Below are positions 24,112 to 35,640 of a DNA stretch of 64,000 nucleotides, piece by piece; positions within the stretch are counted from its first letter, which is position 1, and each line of letters begins with the position of its first letter. The position numbers and the translations under genes were made by a program. Under the pieces are notes generated by a model. That model did not search any database. It was not told the origin of the DNA and worked only from the letters and a program-made list of their open reading frames with translations. This stretch comes from Chara braunii (lineage: Eukaryota; Plantae; Charophyceae): NCBI GenBank assembly GCA_003427395.1, contig BFEA01000013.1, positions 336,336-400,335 on the forward strand. Direction: 5' to 3'.

Positions 24112-24243
24112 GCCGGGAATTTAACCCGGGTCTCTTGAGTTTACGGGGATGCTTTTCTCAACACCTCGACGTACACAACGCCGCCATGAATTTAACCTGG
24201 GTCTCCCATACACACAAGGATACTCACATTATACTACAGTCAG
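24112..24243 (-). pseudogene. Two tandem degenerate tRNA-like (Asp-like) sequences
   Basis: Minus strand ctgtagtataatgtgagtatcc...gggagacccaggttaaattcatggcggcg and gagaCCCGGG-ttaaatt-CCCGGc resemble tRNA-Asp GTTGTAGTATAGTGGTAAGTATTCCCG...GACCCGGGTTCGATCCCCGGCAACGGCG. Confidence 0.55.
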
Positions 24244-25362
24244 GGAAGACATCAAAACAAAAAAGCCTAAAGTATTTCATCATCATTTACTGAAAAACTT
24301 GCGTTTAACCTATTTCCCCAAATGATTCAGGATTAACCCTTGACAGGTCTTTCAAATTGTATCGTTCTCCTGGATTTTAACCATTCATGAGAGGAATCAC
24401 CCATCCACTTCTTCTTGTCATTCATCCAATAGTGTGAGCTCATCTTTCAGATACTCGATAACATATCAAGCAGGACTATTGTGACTCTGATGTGCTTAGC
24501 GTCGAGGAGTAGTGTAAACCTTTTAAGGACAGCATCCCGACATCAAGCCCCGCTTTAGATTCGGGCCTGACCACCGTCCCTCCGATTTCGATTTTATGAC
24601 CTTATCATTCTGTTGCCAATAGAATAGGACAGCCTTGGGCACACAACCAAAGGTTGGTCAAACCTTAGTTATGAGGATAAGGTGACCCTACCTACTTGAA
24701 GGTTAGGAGACCAACCATATCCTGGCAGTAAATCGTGGTCGCCTACTCTACAGACAGCGTCCTGATAAAACCACAAAACTTGCTCCCTTTTAATGGTAAT
24801 GTAGCCACTTCCTTCCACAAGGAAGGGGACAACATCCCGCTATGGACCAGGAATAATGTTCCGGCACGGGCCTCATTACCGCTTACAGAGTTCACACCTT
24901 TCAGAATTTTGTCTCAACAGGATATGCGATAGAGTATATTCAAGTCATACATTGCATTCCATTTTACATGCATAGTCATTCACAAAACATACACTCAGTC
25001 ATTCAGAGAAGAATATTCACGATAACACACATGCAAAAGACACAGTTGAGAGTCAAAAGTCACCACCACTTTTATCGCAACATTTTATTATTGGATCATA
25101 ATGAGATCCAGAATAAATATCAACAACTGCACAGAAAATTCAAAAATACCTCTAATAAGAAAACAAAAAGAGGTCACATCCTAAGCTATGTTTCAGTGTT
25201 TGTTTCTCAGTTGAAAAATAACCAGGAATGCTATTACTTTACAGAAATAGTCAAAAATAATTACTACCCTCAATCCCTCTTAATGAACTTCTGTAAACGA
25301 GAACCAGAAACCCAATTCCGATGTTCCCCAGTGGGGTGCATGACCGCCGCGCGCGACAGTGG

Positions 25363-28300
25363 TCCATGTCTGCAACTTGTTGTTGTCAGACTCCGCGAAG
25401 GACGGGCGCGAGGGGAATCTTAGGAAGAGGGAGGACACCGTCATCAGGGCTCGAGTTGTCATGGGTTTCATCAGAGAGCACGGGCCGGCTCTTAGCCTTT
25501 ATCGACGGTTCTTTGTCGCCCACCCCTCTTCCGCCTCCGTCGCGGCGGGCAGTTCCAGTGTTGCGCCACCCCCGTCTCAGTGGCAAGGCCGGGAGCTTGT
25601 ATACCCTGCGCAGACGAGGTTTGTCATTCACTACTTGATCTTGGAGAGGTTGTTGGATCGTTGCAGAGCGCTTGAGGAGGTCCATTTTTTTGCAGGTTAG
25701 GTGGGTGCGTCATCAGGTGCGGTACGCGCCACTCTGGGAGCACGTGGAGGACATTGTGGAGCTGATGACGCCTGTGATGCAGTTGCTACGGCGTTTGGAC
25801 AGGGGGGGACGAGTGATGACTCGCATGTGGTTGTGGGCTTAGCCATGGTTGATAGGGTGGCGAGAGCGAGCCTGAATAGGACGTCGAAGGACGAGTTCCA
25901 CATCGTTGTTCAGGCTTGTCAGGCGCGGGTCGCTCATATGTCGGAGCCTGCACATTGCATGGCCCACCTCCTCAACCCGCGGCACAGGAGCATTACGTTT
26001 TTCAGAGCGGCGAGGCGTACCGGGCACGACAAGGCACTGACAGACGAGTCTCTGCGATACCTTCGCCAGCAGACTGGTAGTGACGAGGATATGTATTAGA
26101 CGTTGCACGGCAACTGGCGGAGCTTCATTGTTTGAAGGGCGATTGGATGTATGGAGCGGTTGAGGGAGACAGGGACGCGGCCTGCTGCAGAGGGGAGAAG
26201 GAGACGTCACAGGTGGGGCATTGGTGGGTACAGCACGGGGACGGGGTCCCTCTTCTTCAGAGTCTCGCCATTCGCTTGACGCACACATGGACATGCGCCT
26301 CTCCAGCGGAAAGGAATTGGGTCGTCCATGAGTGTGTTCAAGTGAAGAGGCGTAACCAGCTTGGTTTCATCAAGCTGACTCGTTTGGTGGAGATATCCAC
26401 CAACTTGAGATTGAGTCGTTGTCAGGGGACGGGTTCAGGGTACGTTCTTCCATGGGAGGATGCTGAGGAGGAGACTGAGGACGCTATTCCTCTGCCTCGT
26501 GACGAGGGTGTTCAGCTAGCCGACCGAGTCACGGCGGCACAACGTGAGCGGCAGGTCCAGCACGGGCGGAAGGATCGCCTTTCGAAGGCACCGCCCAATG
26601 TTGAGACTTATTTTGGTCATCGCGCCACAGTGCTCATGTCGACTGAGTTGGAGTCGGTCTACGATCCCGAGCCTCATCCTATGGCTCAGGACTCGATGGA
26701 GGCTGAGTCGTGGTCCGATCCGGACGACGTGGCCGTGGAGTCAGAGCCTAGAGGTTCTGATGACGATGACGACGACACTCCTCCCATCCGGATACCACGT
26801 CCTCACACACGTGCGTCCACGGCGGCCGCTGCACCGTCTCCCACTGCACGCCCTCCTTCGAGTACTCCTGAGATCCCGCTGCGAGGCCCGGGGGACCGTG
26901 TTGTGGGCACGACGCCACACCCTTCGACCGATCGTCGTGGACATGGTGAGCAGGGGACTCGCGAGTGTGTTGAGGAGGGAGACGATGGCGACGGCGACGA
27001 TAGGGAGCGTTACGAGGGCAGCAGTGAGGATGAGGATGATCCCGGCTATTCCACGACGCGTCGACATGGTGACGACGATGACGAGGGCGGCAACGGTACA
27101 CAGCCTGCGGGTGGTTTGCGAAGGTCCGAGAGACAACGTGGTGACCGATGCAGTGGTACAGGCAGGGAAGGCAGCGGGCCGGGTGTTGGGGGTGCAGGGC
27201 ACACAGGCGGTGCAGGCCGTGCTGGCGGAGGAGGAGCGAGGCGAGAGTCTGCATCATCCACTCGCACTGTGTACTGGGTTGATGAGTGGAAACGCATCCT
27301 GTCGGCTGAGGTCACTCCCTCCCCTACCGAAGTCGCTCCCTCCCCTGCAGAGTTTGCGGCGGCGTCTGCGGAGGGCGCAGGCAGGTTTGCAGATGTTGGT
27401 GGCGAGGGTGTACAGGTTGGGAGGTCATTTGCACAGTTGGGTGCCAGTCTAAGCGACGATATTTTTGATGTTTCGTTAGGGCTTCCCCCGACACCGGCAG
27501 GGGAGCGTGTTAGTGGTGATGCGGACGCAGCAGCTACGCCCGTCAGTCAGATACTTCAGGGTATGCCTTCATGCAGCGTGGGTGACATCAGTAGTAGCAT
27601 GTTGCAGGAGGCAGCAGAGGGGACACAGGGTTCGTCGGGGCAGCATGAGCGTGCAGCAGGGGATGATGGGGAGTGTCGACCTGCGCAGGAGCGGGCGGCG
27701 CAGGACAGGATCAACCGCGAGGAGAGGAGGAAGGCGCAGGATTGGCTAGCCGCTGCAAGATGACACAGAGTATTGCGTCGAGGGCACGTGCATAGCGGAT
27801 GCTCGAGACGGGAATTGCGGCAGGTGATGTAGAGGTCGAGTATGGCGGTGCTGGCGGAGGGGATGCATGCGAGAGACTTGCGTCACCAGTTCAGGGTGTT
27901 TGCGTATTGCCTCTCGGTGGGGCCATGTCGGCGGGGGAGTTGGAGCGGCAGGCACGGGAGGACCCATTGCAGGCAGATTGTCGTGGACGGATGGATGAGG
28001 CGTCGAGGAGGTTGATGGCAAAGGGTCCAGCTTACGTGCCTTGCAGCCCGTCAGTGCCATCCTCCATCACAGATGTCATCACACCCGCACATGCGGAGGG
28101 TCCAAGCGCGACACGGAGTCCCCCATCGGCACCTGCTGGGGAGTCTCCATCTCCTCGGTCACGGAAGAAGAAGATGAGAGCAGGGAAAAGTCTTAGGACG
28201 AGGAGGAGGGTGACGCAAACGATGCAGGGGAGTCAGCCCGGGTTGGCCGGTTTACATTCGCGGACTCGGGCGGCTTTGGGCGGGGACGTTGCCGCGGACC

Positions 28301-28620
28301 TAGTAGGTTGGCAGGAGAGGGTCTCCACCCTCGTGGCGGAGGAGCCCATGACCGCACCTGCTGAGGCGACGCTGCCACGTACTGGAGGGTGTACAACGGG
28401 TATGGGGGACCATGGCGAGCACATTGCCCCCCCTGGGAGGAGCATGGTTGGACGTATATTGCGGGAGGATGTGAGGGCAGTGCCTGCGCAGCGGCCGTCA
28501 AAGACATCAGTAGTTTGGGAGTCTAGCACAGACGATTTGGAGATGCCTCGTGGCCAGCGGAGGAGGGTTTCCGTGTACGACCTTCTTCGAGCACAGGGCG
28601 GGGTTGAGGCGGCGCCATAG
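25363..28620 (+). pseudogene. hAT transposase 1, C-terminal part with long disordered tail
   Basis: HVCNLLLSD, YPAQTRF, AHLLNPR and WTCASPAERNW (hAT dimerisation motif); frameshifts and stops. Confidence 0.88.
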
Positions 28621-30183
28621 AGGGAGATTCCTGCTCCGGATATTGCGCACGCGCCGACAGGCGGCACATGTGGTGGGGATGGTGTCATAGGTGTGGTGCC
28701 GCAGAGGAGGAGGAAGAACATTGTGGACGATAATGATGCATAGTCCTACTATTAGTCTTCTTTCATCCTCTATTTCGTAGTATTGTATAGTATATTTAGT
28801 GCTTTGGATGAGGTCATGTGTTCGTAGGTGTAGTCTGTGCAGGTCGTCATGACTGCATTTGTATTCGTACAGATGGTTAGACTATTGTATACTATTTTCA
28901 TGCACGGGTGCAGTTTGTTTTTCTTTTTCGTTTTATTTTTCCATCGTAGTAGTGTATAGTATATTTAGTGCTTCGGATGAGGTTATCATGGTCATTTGTT
29001 CATCGGTGTAGTCAGTGCAGGTCGCCATGACTGCATTTGTATTCGTACAAATGGTTACGGGCGCAGTTTGTTTTTATTTTTCGTTTTATTTTTTCATCGA
29101 TGTTTCAGAGGATTGCACTGTGTTAGAGTATTTCTCCATACATGGGTGCAACAGGTGCAGTGCTCACAGTTTCCTTTTTTGTTTCTCATTTTATTTTTGT
29201 ATCGATGTTTCAAACGATTCCACAGTTTCTTCGTACATTATTTGACTGAGTCCAGTGTCCATGTGTTTTTTATTGTCGTGTATGTACGGTGCGTCTATTT
29301 CGTCGTGTTCTTTCGTTGGCATGTAATGTTATACTTTCAAAACTTGTGCAATGATTGTTACTCGGAGTTGATGGAGAATGACTCAATGGTTTTGAAAATT
29401 GTGTTTAATTGTTGTTGTTTTAACTCATGAACTTCATGCAGTCTTGTACTTGTTTCGTCGTGTGTTTACTTCGCCTTTGTTGCATTTGTCTGCAACCCCG
29501 ACAGAACCCTCCCCAACCCCCAAATACGACCTTGGCAAAGCCTTCCCGAACCGCTCCCCCCCCCCCCCCCCCCNNNNNNNNNNNNNNNNNNNNNNNNNNN
29601 NNNNNNNNNNNNNNNNNNNNNNNNNNNNNNNNNNNNNNNNNNNNNNNNNNNNNNNNNNNNNNNNNNNNNNNNNNNNNNNNNNNNNNNNNNNNNNNNNNNN
29701 NNNNNNNNNNNNNNNNNNNNNNNNNNNNNNNNNNNNNNNNNNNNNNNNNNNNNNNNNNNNNNNNNNNNNNNNNNNNNNNNNNNNNNNNNNNNNNNNNNNN
29801 NNNNNNNNNNNNNNNNNNNNNNNNNNNNNNNNNNNNNNNNNNNNNNNNNNNNNNNNNNNNNNNNNNNNNNNNNNNNNNNNNNNNNNNNNNNNNNNNNNNN
29901 NNNNNNNNNNNNNNNNNNNNNNNNNNNNNNNNNNNNNNNNNNNNNNNNNNNNNNNNNNNNNNNNNNNNNNNNNNNNNNNNNNNNNNNNNNNNNNNNNNNN
30001 NNNNNNNNNNNNNNNNNNCCCGACACCCACCCACATGGAAATCACTCCCAACCCCCCCTCTAAGACCGTGTACGGACGACCGGAAGTCCGTATGTACGGC
30101 CCGTACGGGCAGCTGGGGGCCCGTACGTACGACCCGTATACGTACGGGCGACCACACAGCCCACCGGAGATTCAACTATCATG

Positions 30184-30516
30184 TGGTTCGCATGCCTTGT
30201 ACTGTGAGGATTATGAAGGATAGTCCATGCGAGTTTTTGCTTCTATACCTACGATGACAGTCAGTACTGTACTCATGTACGACACCCCGACATGTCATGT
30301 ATAATTTGTAGACAGGGGTTGGAACGACAATGCCTCTATAATTGCGGTCGACGTGCCTCTGTGTTGCTGGTATGTACGAGCCACGTAGCCTGTGACATCT
30401 GTCTGCGCCGTGCCATTCGATGCAACAACTGTGACTGCGAAAATTGGATGCGGTGCTTCCATAGCCCACACTCGAACTGGTCCTGTCCGGTCTGTAGGGG
30501 GGGTCACTCGCCGTAG
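30184..30516 (+). pseudogene. Cys-rich PHD-finger-like fragment
   Basis: CIIC...CDIC...CNNC...CFH...WSCPVCR; truncated on the left by the hAT end. Confidence 0.4.
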
Positions 30517-30739
30517 TTTTTTTTTTTTTTTTTTTTATTGCTAGAGTACTCAATTTCAGCGGTGAATATGTAGAAATCTATAAAGCCCGTCATACACCTC
30601 TCCTCTGCTCCTTGCATGTCATACTCTATCCTGCCCTGAGCCCTCCACTTATTTCTTTCCTTCCCGTTGCCCCTACCTCCCTGCCCCATACCCCTATAGA
30701 ACTCCGCCTTCTATCCCTTACCCTCCACCCTCCCCTCCA

Positions 30740-31244
30740 CTCCCTTTGTACTACTAACAAATACATACTACTAACAAATACATATGAATGAGCATCATTA
30801 AGATAACAGACGATATGAAGATCAGAAATAAAATGAACGGAAGTATGAAGATGAAGGACAGACACAAGGACTATATAAGCTGAAGATATGAAGTGAAATG
30901 AACAGGAATATGAAGCTCTGAAGAGATGCACATGAGCATACCTTCCCTTTTACTCTGCCTCCTGAAATAACGTGCAAGTGGCCTGTGAAGGCACACGGGG
31001 ATGTGGGCAGCTGCCGCTCAACCACAATCAACGTGGGCAAACTTGTGCGTAAGAGGCACAGTAAAAGGGGAGTTGCAAGAACAATGAAAGGGGTACCCGA
31101 AGGACAACCAAAAAATTGTCTTATTATAAAATTGCTTTAATTTGTTGAATATCTCAAATGTTCTCGTTGTCTGCAATAAGACAGACTGCTTTGATTCTGA
31201 ATCTATTCACCTGGGTGGATTTGGAGCTGTTGTGGGGAAAACCT

Positions 31245-31314
<70 letters not shown>

Positions 31315-31890
31315 CTTTGTGCTACTAACAAATTGTCAAATACATACGAATGAGCACCGTCAAGAGAACAGACGATATGAAGATCAGAAATGAAATGAAC
31401 GAAGGATGAAGATGAAGGACAGAGACGAAGATCAGAGATGAAATGAATGGAAGTATGAAGATGAAGGACAGACACAAAGACTAAGTATAAGTTGAAGATC
31501 TGAAGTGAAATGAACAAGAGTATGAAGGCCTGAAGAGAACTGCACAGGAGCATACCTTCCCTTTTACTCTGCCTCCTGAAATAACGTGCAAGTGGGCCGT
31601 GAAGGCACACGGGGATGTAGGCAGTTGCTGCTAAACCACAATCAACGTGGGCAGCCTTGTACGTAAGAGGCATAGTAAAAGAGGAGCTGCAAGAACAAAT
31701 GGAAGGGGTACCCCAAGGACAACCAATAAACTGTCTAATTATAACATGGCTTTAATATGTTGGACTGTCTCAACTCAAATGCTCTCGTTTTCTACAATAG
31801 GACAAAGATTACTTTGATTCTGAATCTATTCATCTGGGTGAAATTGGGGCTGTTGTGGGGAAAATCTATAACACACACACACACACACAC
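30740..31890. repeat. ~620-bp tandem duplication with minus-strand splice-like signals
   Basis: 30740-31310 is similar to 31311-31890; each unit ends in (CA)n and has a gaag|gtatg donor on the minus strand. Confidence 0.85.
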
Positions 31891-34755
31891 AAAGCTCTGT
31901 TGAGTGGCAAACAAAATAACGTTGTGAAATGATCAATAGATATGCAGGCAAATATGAGGTAAGGGGAAAAAAAGGCAGTAAAGGACATGACAGCTGACAG
32001 TCCTCTGCTGGGCTTGGCATGATGGGGAAACAAGTCATTTACAACACAGTCTGCATGCGTGGAAGGGGATCAGATAGTTGCATGTCGTGAGAAGCGTTAC
32101 CAACAGAAAGTGTCTAAGAATATATAAGTTGATCAGAGCCCGAACAGTCATGTTGACTGCCTTGTTTGCAATACACAAATAGAATGTTGTGCTTGTCCAA
32201 TGGAGTAAATTGGGGGATAAAGAAAACATGTGCAAATAAGACCAAACGGTTAAGAACACTCCAGAAACAAGCCCACGTGTTTGGTTTCTACTTAGTATAC
32301 TACTATTTCTTACTACATCGTGCATGTTTCACATAAGCATTGCTAGGCCGTACTCTGGACAGTCCATTTGCGCGTCCGATAGTAAGTTTGCCAACCAGAA
32401 AAATGACAATTTTTCTCCCATGCACGTACAATATTTGGTTCACCAACCAGGAAAATAACAACTTTTCTCCCATGCATGCCCTGCTATCTCGACACCTGCT
32501 TTTGCTCTTTGAGAGTTGTTGGGATGTTTACGATGTCTGGGCATCGTCTTCGGTTCGCCTCCCTTTGTGTTCTATCCAGAGATGGTGTCCAGATCGCCCC
32601 TGGGCCCTGACACGTTATTGACTTCCACGAAGAATAATCTACTGTTATTATCGTTGTACGTAGGCGGAAGGTTGCCCCAAATGCAGCTATAGGGTGCCAT
32701 CATGCCATGCTATTTTTCCCCTTCCTTCTCCCTTGTGTGTCAGTTTCCATGATCCCCTAAATGCTTTGTGAAAGGACTTCGTGGTGATGGATGTAAATGA
32801 GCGGTCGGGGGAGTTTTATGAGTGAATCAGACGAGGTCCCCCACATGAGTGGACTTTGGGAGATTCACTGTGTGGCTTGTTGTTATCAATCCCGAGCTTG
32901 AGAAAGACCTTATATAAGAACTTAATATGAGTAGCATTCCCCTGTTCTCCAAGAAAATTGATGATTGTTAGACTGCTTATCAACATTTGGTCATCGTCGT
33001 CACTAATCGCGTGTCTTTACTATACGAGGGGGACCCTCTGATTGGTGGCTGAAGGTACTCGAGCGAGGAAAATAACTCCACTGGGATAAAAAGCAAGACA
33101 TATTGAATCCTGATTACTTCACCCTCTAACACCTGTCTGTGTGGTTCAAAGAACAGTTATCTATTTTAAATTGTATGTGTGATCTCAAATGCGCTAGTTC
33201 GACTGGGACGAGCAAGAACAGTAAACGTAATCAGAGAGTTTAACTTACTCTTTTGAAAAGGTTATGAAATGCCAGAGGCGTGGGAACGTGTAATCGTACA
33301 AATTTAAGACCACGCAAGCACACAAACATTCATACGGGCTTACATGTGTGAGATGACGCGAGTTCACAGCTACTCGTGCGATTATAAGGGCGCGCAACTT
33401 CACGAGTCTGTCGGCATGACGACTGCATGAGCCTATGGCCATGTAGGCCTACTGGCTTTTGTGACTGTGTTGGCCTTTAGGCGAGGTGACTGTAATAGTG
33501 TGTGTGCAGCGGTACTGGCCGATAAGTGCATAAATGAGTCTGGATACATGGCACTAGTTCGACTACGGGAGCCAACAAACGTTCGAGCGAACCTACGGGT
33601 GTGAGCCCAACGGGTCAGTCATTGGCCAAACCCTCCGTTCTGGGCGATCCTGAGAACGAATGAGTAATGAGTCGTCAGGGAAGGAAACGACGGTTGAGAA
33701 AGATAGTCTATTTAATTGCTAAGATTTTGCTCGACTAGGACTAATATTGATAGTGATTGATGTTCGAGCATGGTCCTCAAATTGGTTGACCTAACAAAAC
33801 GACGATGTGGCGCTCGCCTGCCGCGTGATAATATGAACGAAGTCAGTAATAAAAGCGCAACCCCTGGCATAGTCTAGTTTTCCCGCCCGCTCAATCGAGT
33901 CAAACCGAGCGAGAGCTGGCATCGCCGCCTATAAGCGATTCTTCATTGTAAAGGGTTGGCTCCGTATTTTGAGCCTAAGCTGAAGAATGGAAATCGGACG
34001 CTAATGCCCATCCTTTTACTCCCTCAACTCCCAGCGGGTCATAGACTGCACCCAATAACCGCCAAACATTTGGGGTACTCTTGACGACTCAACCCGAGTT
34101 CATCATCATCATTGGACCATTATCGGCTACCAGACAGGTCAGTGACTGTTGAACAACTTTTGACAGGAACAACTAATAGACGGTCGGGGTAACTGCAAAA
34201 TCAACCTTTGGCTTCACCGGCGGGAATCAACCAATTAATGCACACTCCAAAAACATTTGGATCGGTTTTCAATACTTTTGTGTACCTAGGAAATATAATT
34301 ATCAACCTCAACATCTTCTCAGAACCGTAGGGGAGAGTCACTTTTATCTGTTGTTCTGTGAGACTCCTGAAGGGCATTGGTAGTTTACCCTACTTGTTGT
34401 TTGCATCTTCAAGAGTGAAGGGAATCATGACAGAAGATGAAGTCACTATGATGAAGTACAGATCCAACAGAGATAAGGAGGGATGGGTGGAAGAGACCTC
34501 TCAGGACATGGACTTACATGTGCAGACTCGGAGGGAGTGAACAGTTCAGATGGCTGGGGAAAATAAGTTTATTTAATATGTATTTTATTTCGATGACAGT
34601 AATGACAAGTTACACAACACTAGATCGTTACGAAAAACAGTTGAATAGGCAAAAGCAAAGCTCGGGTGAAGTGAACAATTCATTCTTTCTTTCTGAAAAC
34701 ACACTAGCAATATACTTGACAAGCAGCATACATCGCCCAAGTCCACTTTCCAGTT

Positions 34756-35640
34756 TTGACAGTCAGCAGCTTACAGATCAGCAAACGAATACTATACAAT
34801 TTCATCATCCAAAGCATTGTTAGAGATATTTGGTCAAAGTTAACTGGAACGGTACTAGCTTCGGCACCACTCGACCAGCACAGTGACAGAGCATCCTCAT
34901 TCAAAATTTCGTCATTACTATGTTCATTCCCAACCTTCCTGACACATGAGTGTCATCAGTTCATCCTCAATCCAGGAGACTATCCTAATAAGTTCCAATA
35001 GGATCGCTTCCAAAGATGCTTTCCGGTATCCGTATGTCAGTGCGGTGTGTTTCAGGTTGCGTGATCTGCCAGTTTTTGTGGGTCACACCAAGTTTGCAGG
35101 GGGTACCATCCATGACTTGAGAGTTTACTTGAAGAAGGGTAAGGAGTTGTTTGACTTAGTTTGGGCTTCGGAAGCGAGGTATCTTGAGGAGAAGGAAAGA
35201 ACTCGATGAGAGTGGTACCAAACTAATTCGCAGCTTTGGACCCAACCTCTACTCCGACTACCCCAAGCCTCCAGTTCCCTCCACTCTTACGGATGGTTCT
35301 TGCTGGGGAGACTTGGTTGATCTAGCCAAAAGGTACATCTCTCCTACAGAGATCGACTACGAGGTAGTGACCGAACCGTTGGAGTTTCGATATTTCAGGC
35401 GAGGGATTTTCTCTCAGCCCTATTTTCCTACCCTGTCGGAGGAATTATGTGTTATGGTCGATTTCGATGTCATGGGTCTTGAATGAAAGTGTTCGAAGCT
35501 TGCAGACGTCAGGTGGTTCTACCAGAGGCTACAATCTCACAAAGTATGTGGACATGGCTCAAAGCATTGGAAACGCACAACAAAATGAGAGATTGAGTGC
35601 GTGACCCAGAGACAAGAGTAAAGAGTTATAACTAGTGTTG
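34756..35640 (+). pseudogene. Decayed orphan coding region upstream of Gypsy gag
   Basis: Overlapping protein-like ORFs 34756-35001, 34946-35209 and 35184-35486 linked by frameshifts; no recognisable domain. Confidence 0.4.

Larger units (their letters stand above)
5504..25358 (+). mobile_element. ~19.9-kb TGTCG...CGACA-bounded insertion (LTR-type; giant solo LTR or non-autonomous element with nested content)
   Basis: Splits WLPCA|VHVCNLLLSD. 4-bp TSD gcgg (5500-5503) / gtgg (25359-25362, CpG transition). The 5' end is homologous to LTR-like copies A and C. Confidence 0.8.
2125..30183 (+). mobile_element. hAT DNA transposon 1 (host of nested insertions)
   Basis: Imperfect TIRs: CATGAT...CTGTGTCGTCGCCCGTACGT on the left vs CATGAT...CTGTGTGGTCGCCCGTACGT on the right (reverse complement). 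CGTACG-rich subterminal repeats at both ends; internal transposase. No TSD recognisable. Confidence 0.75.
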
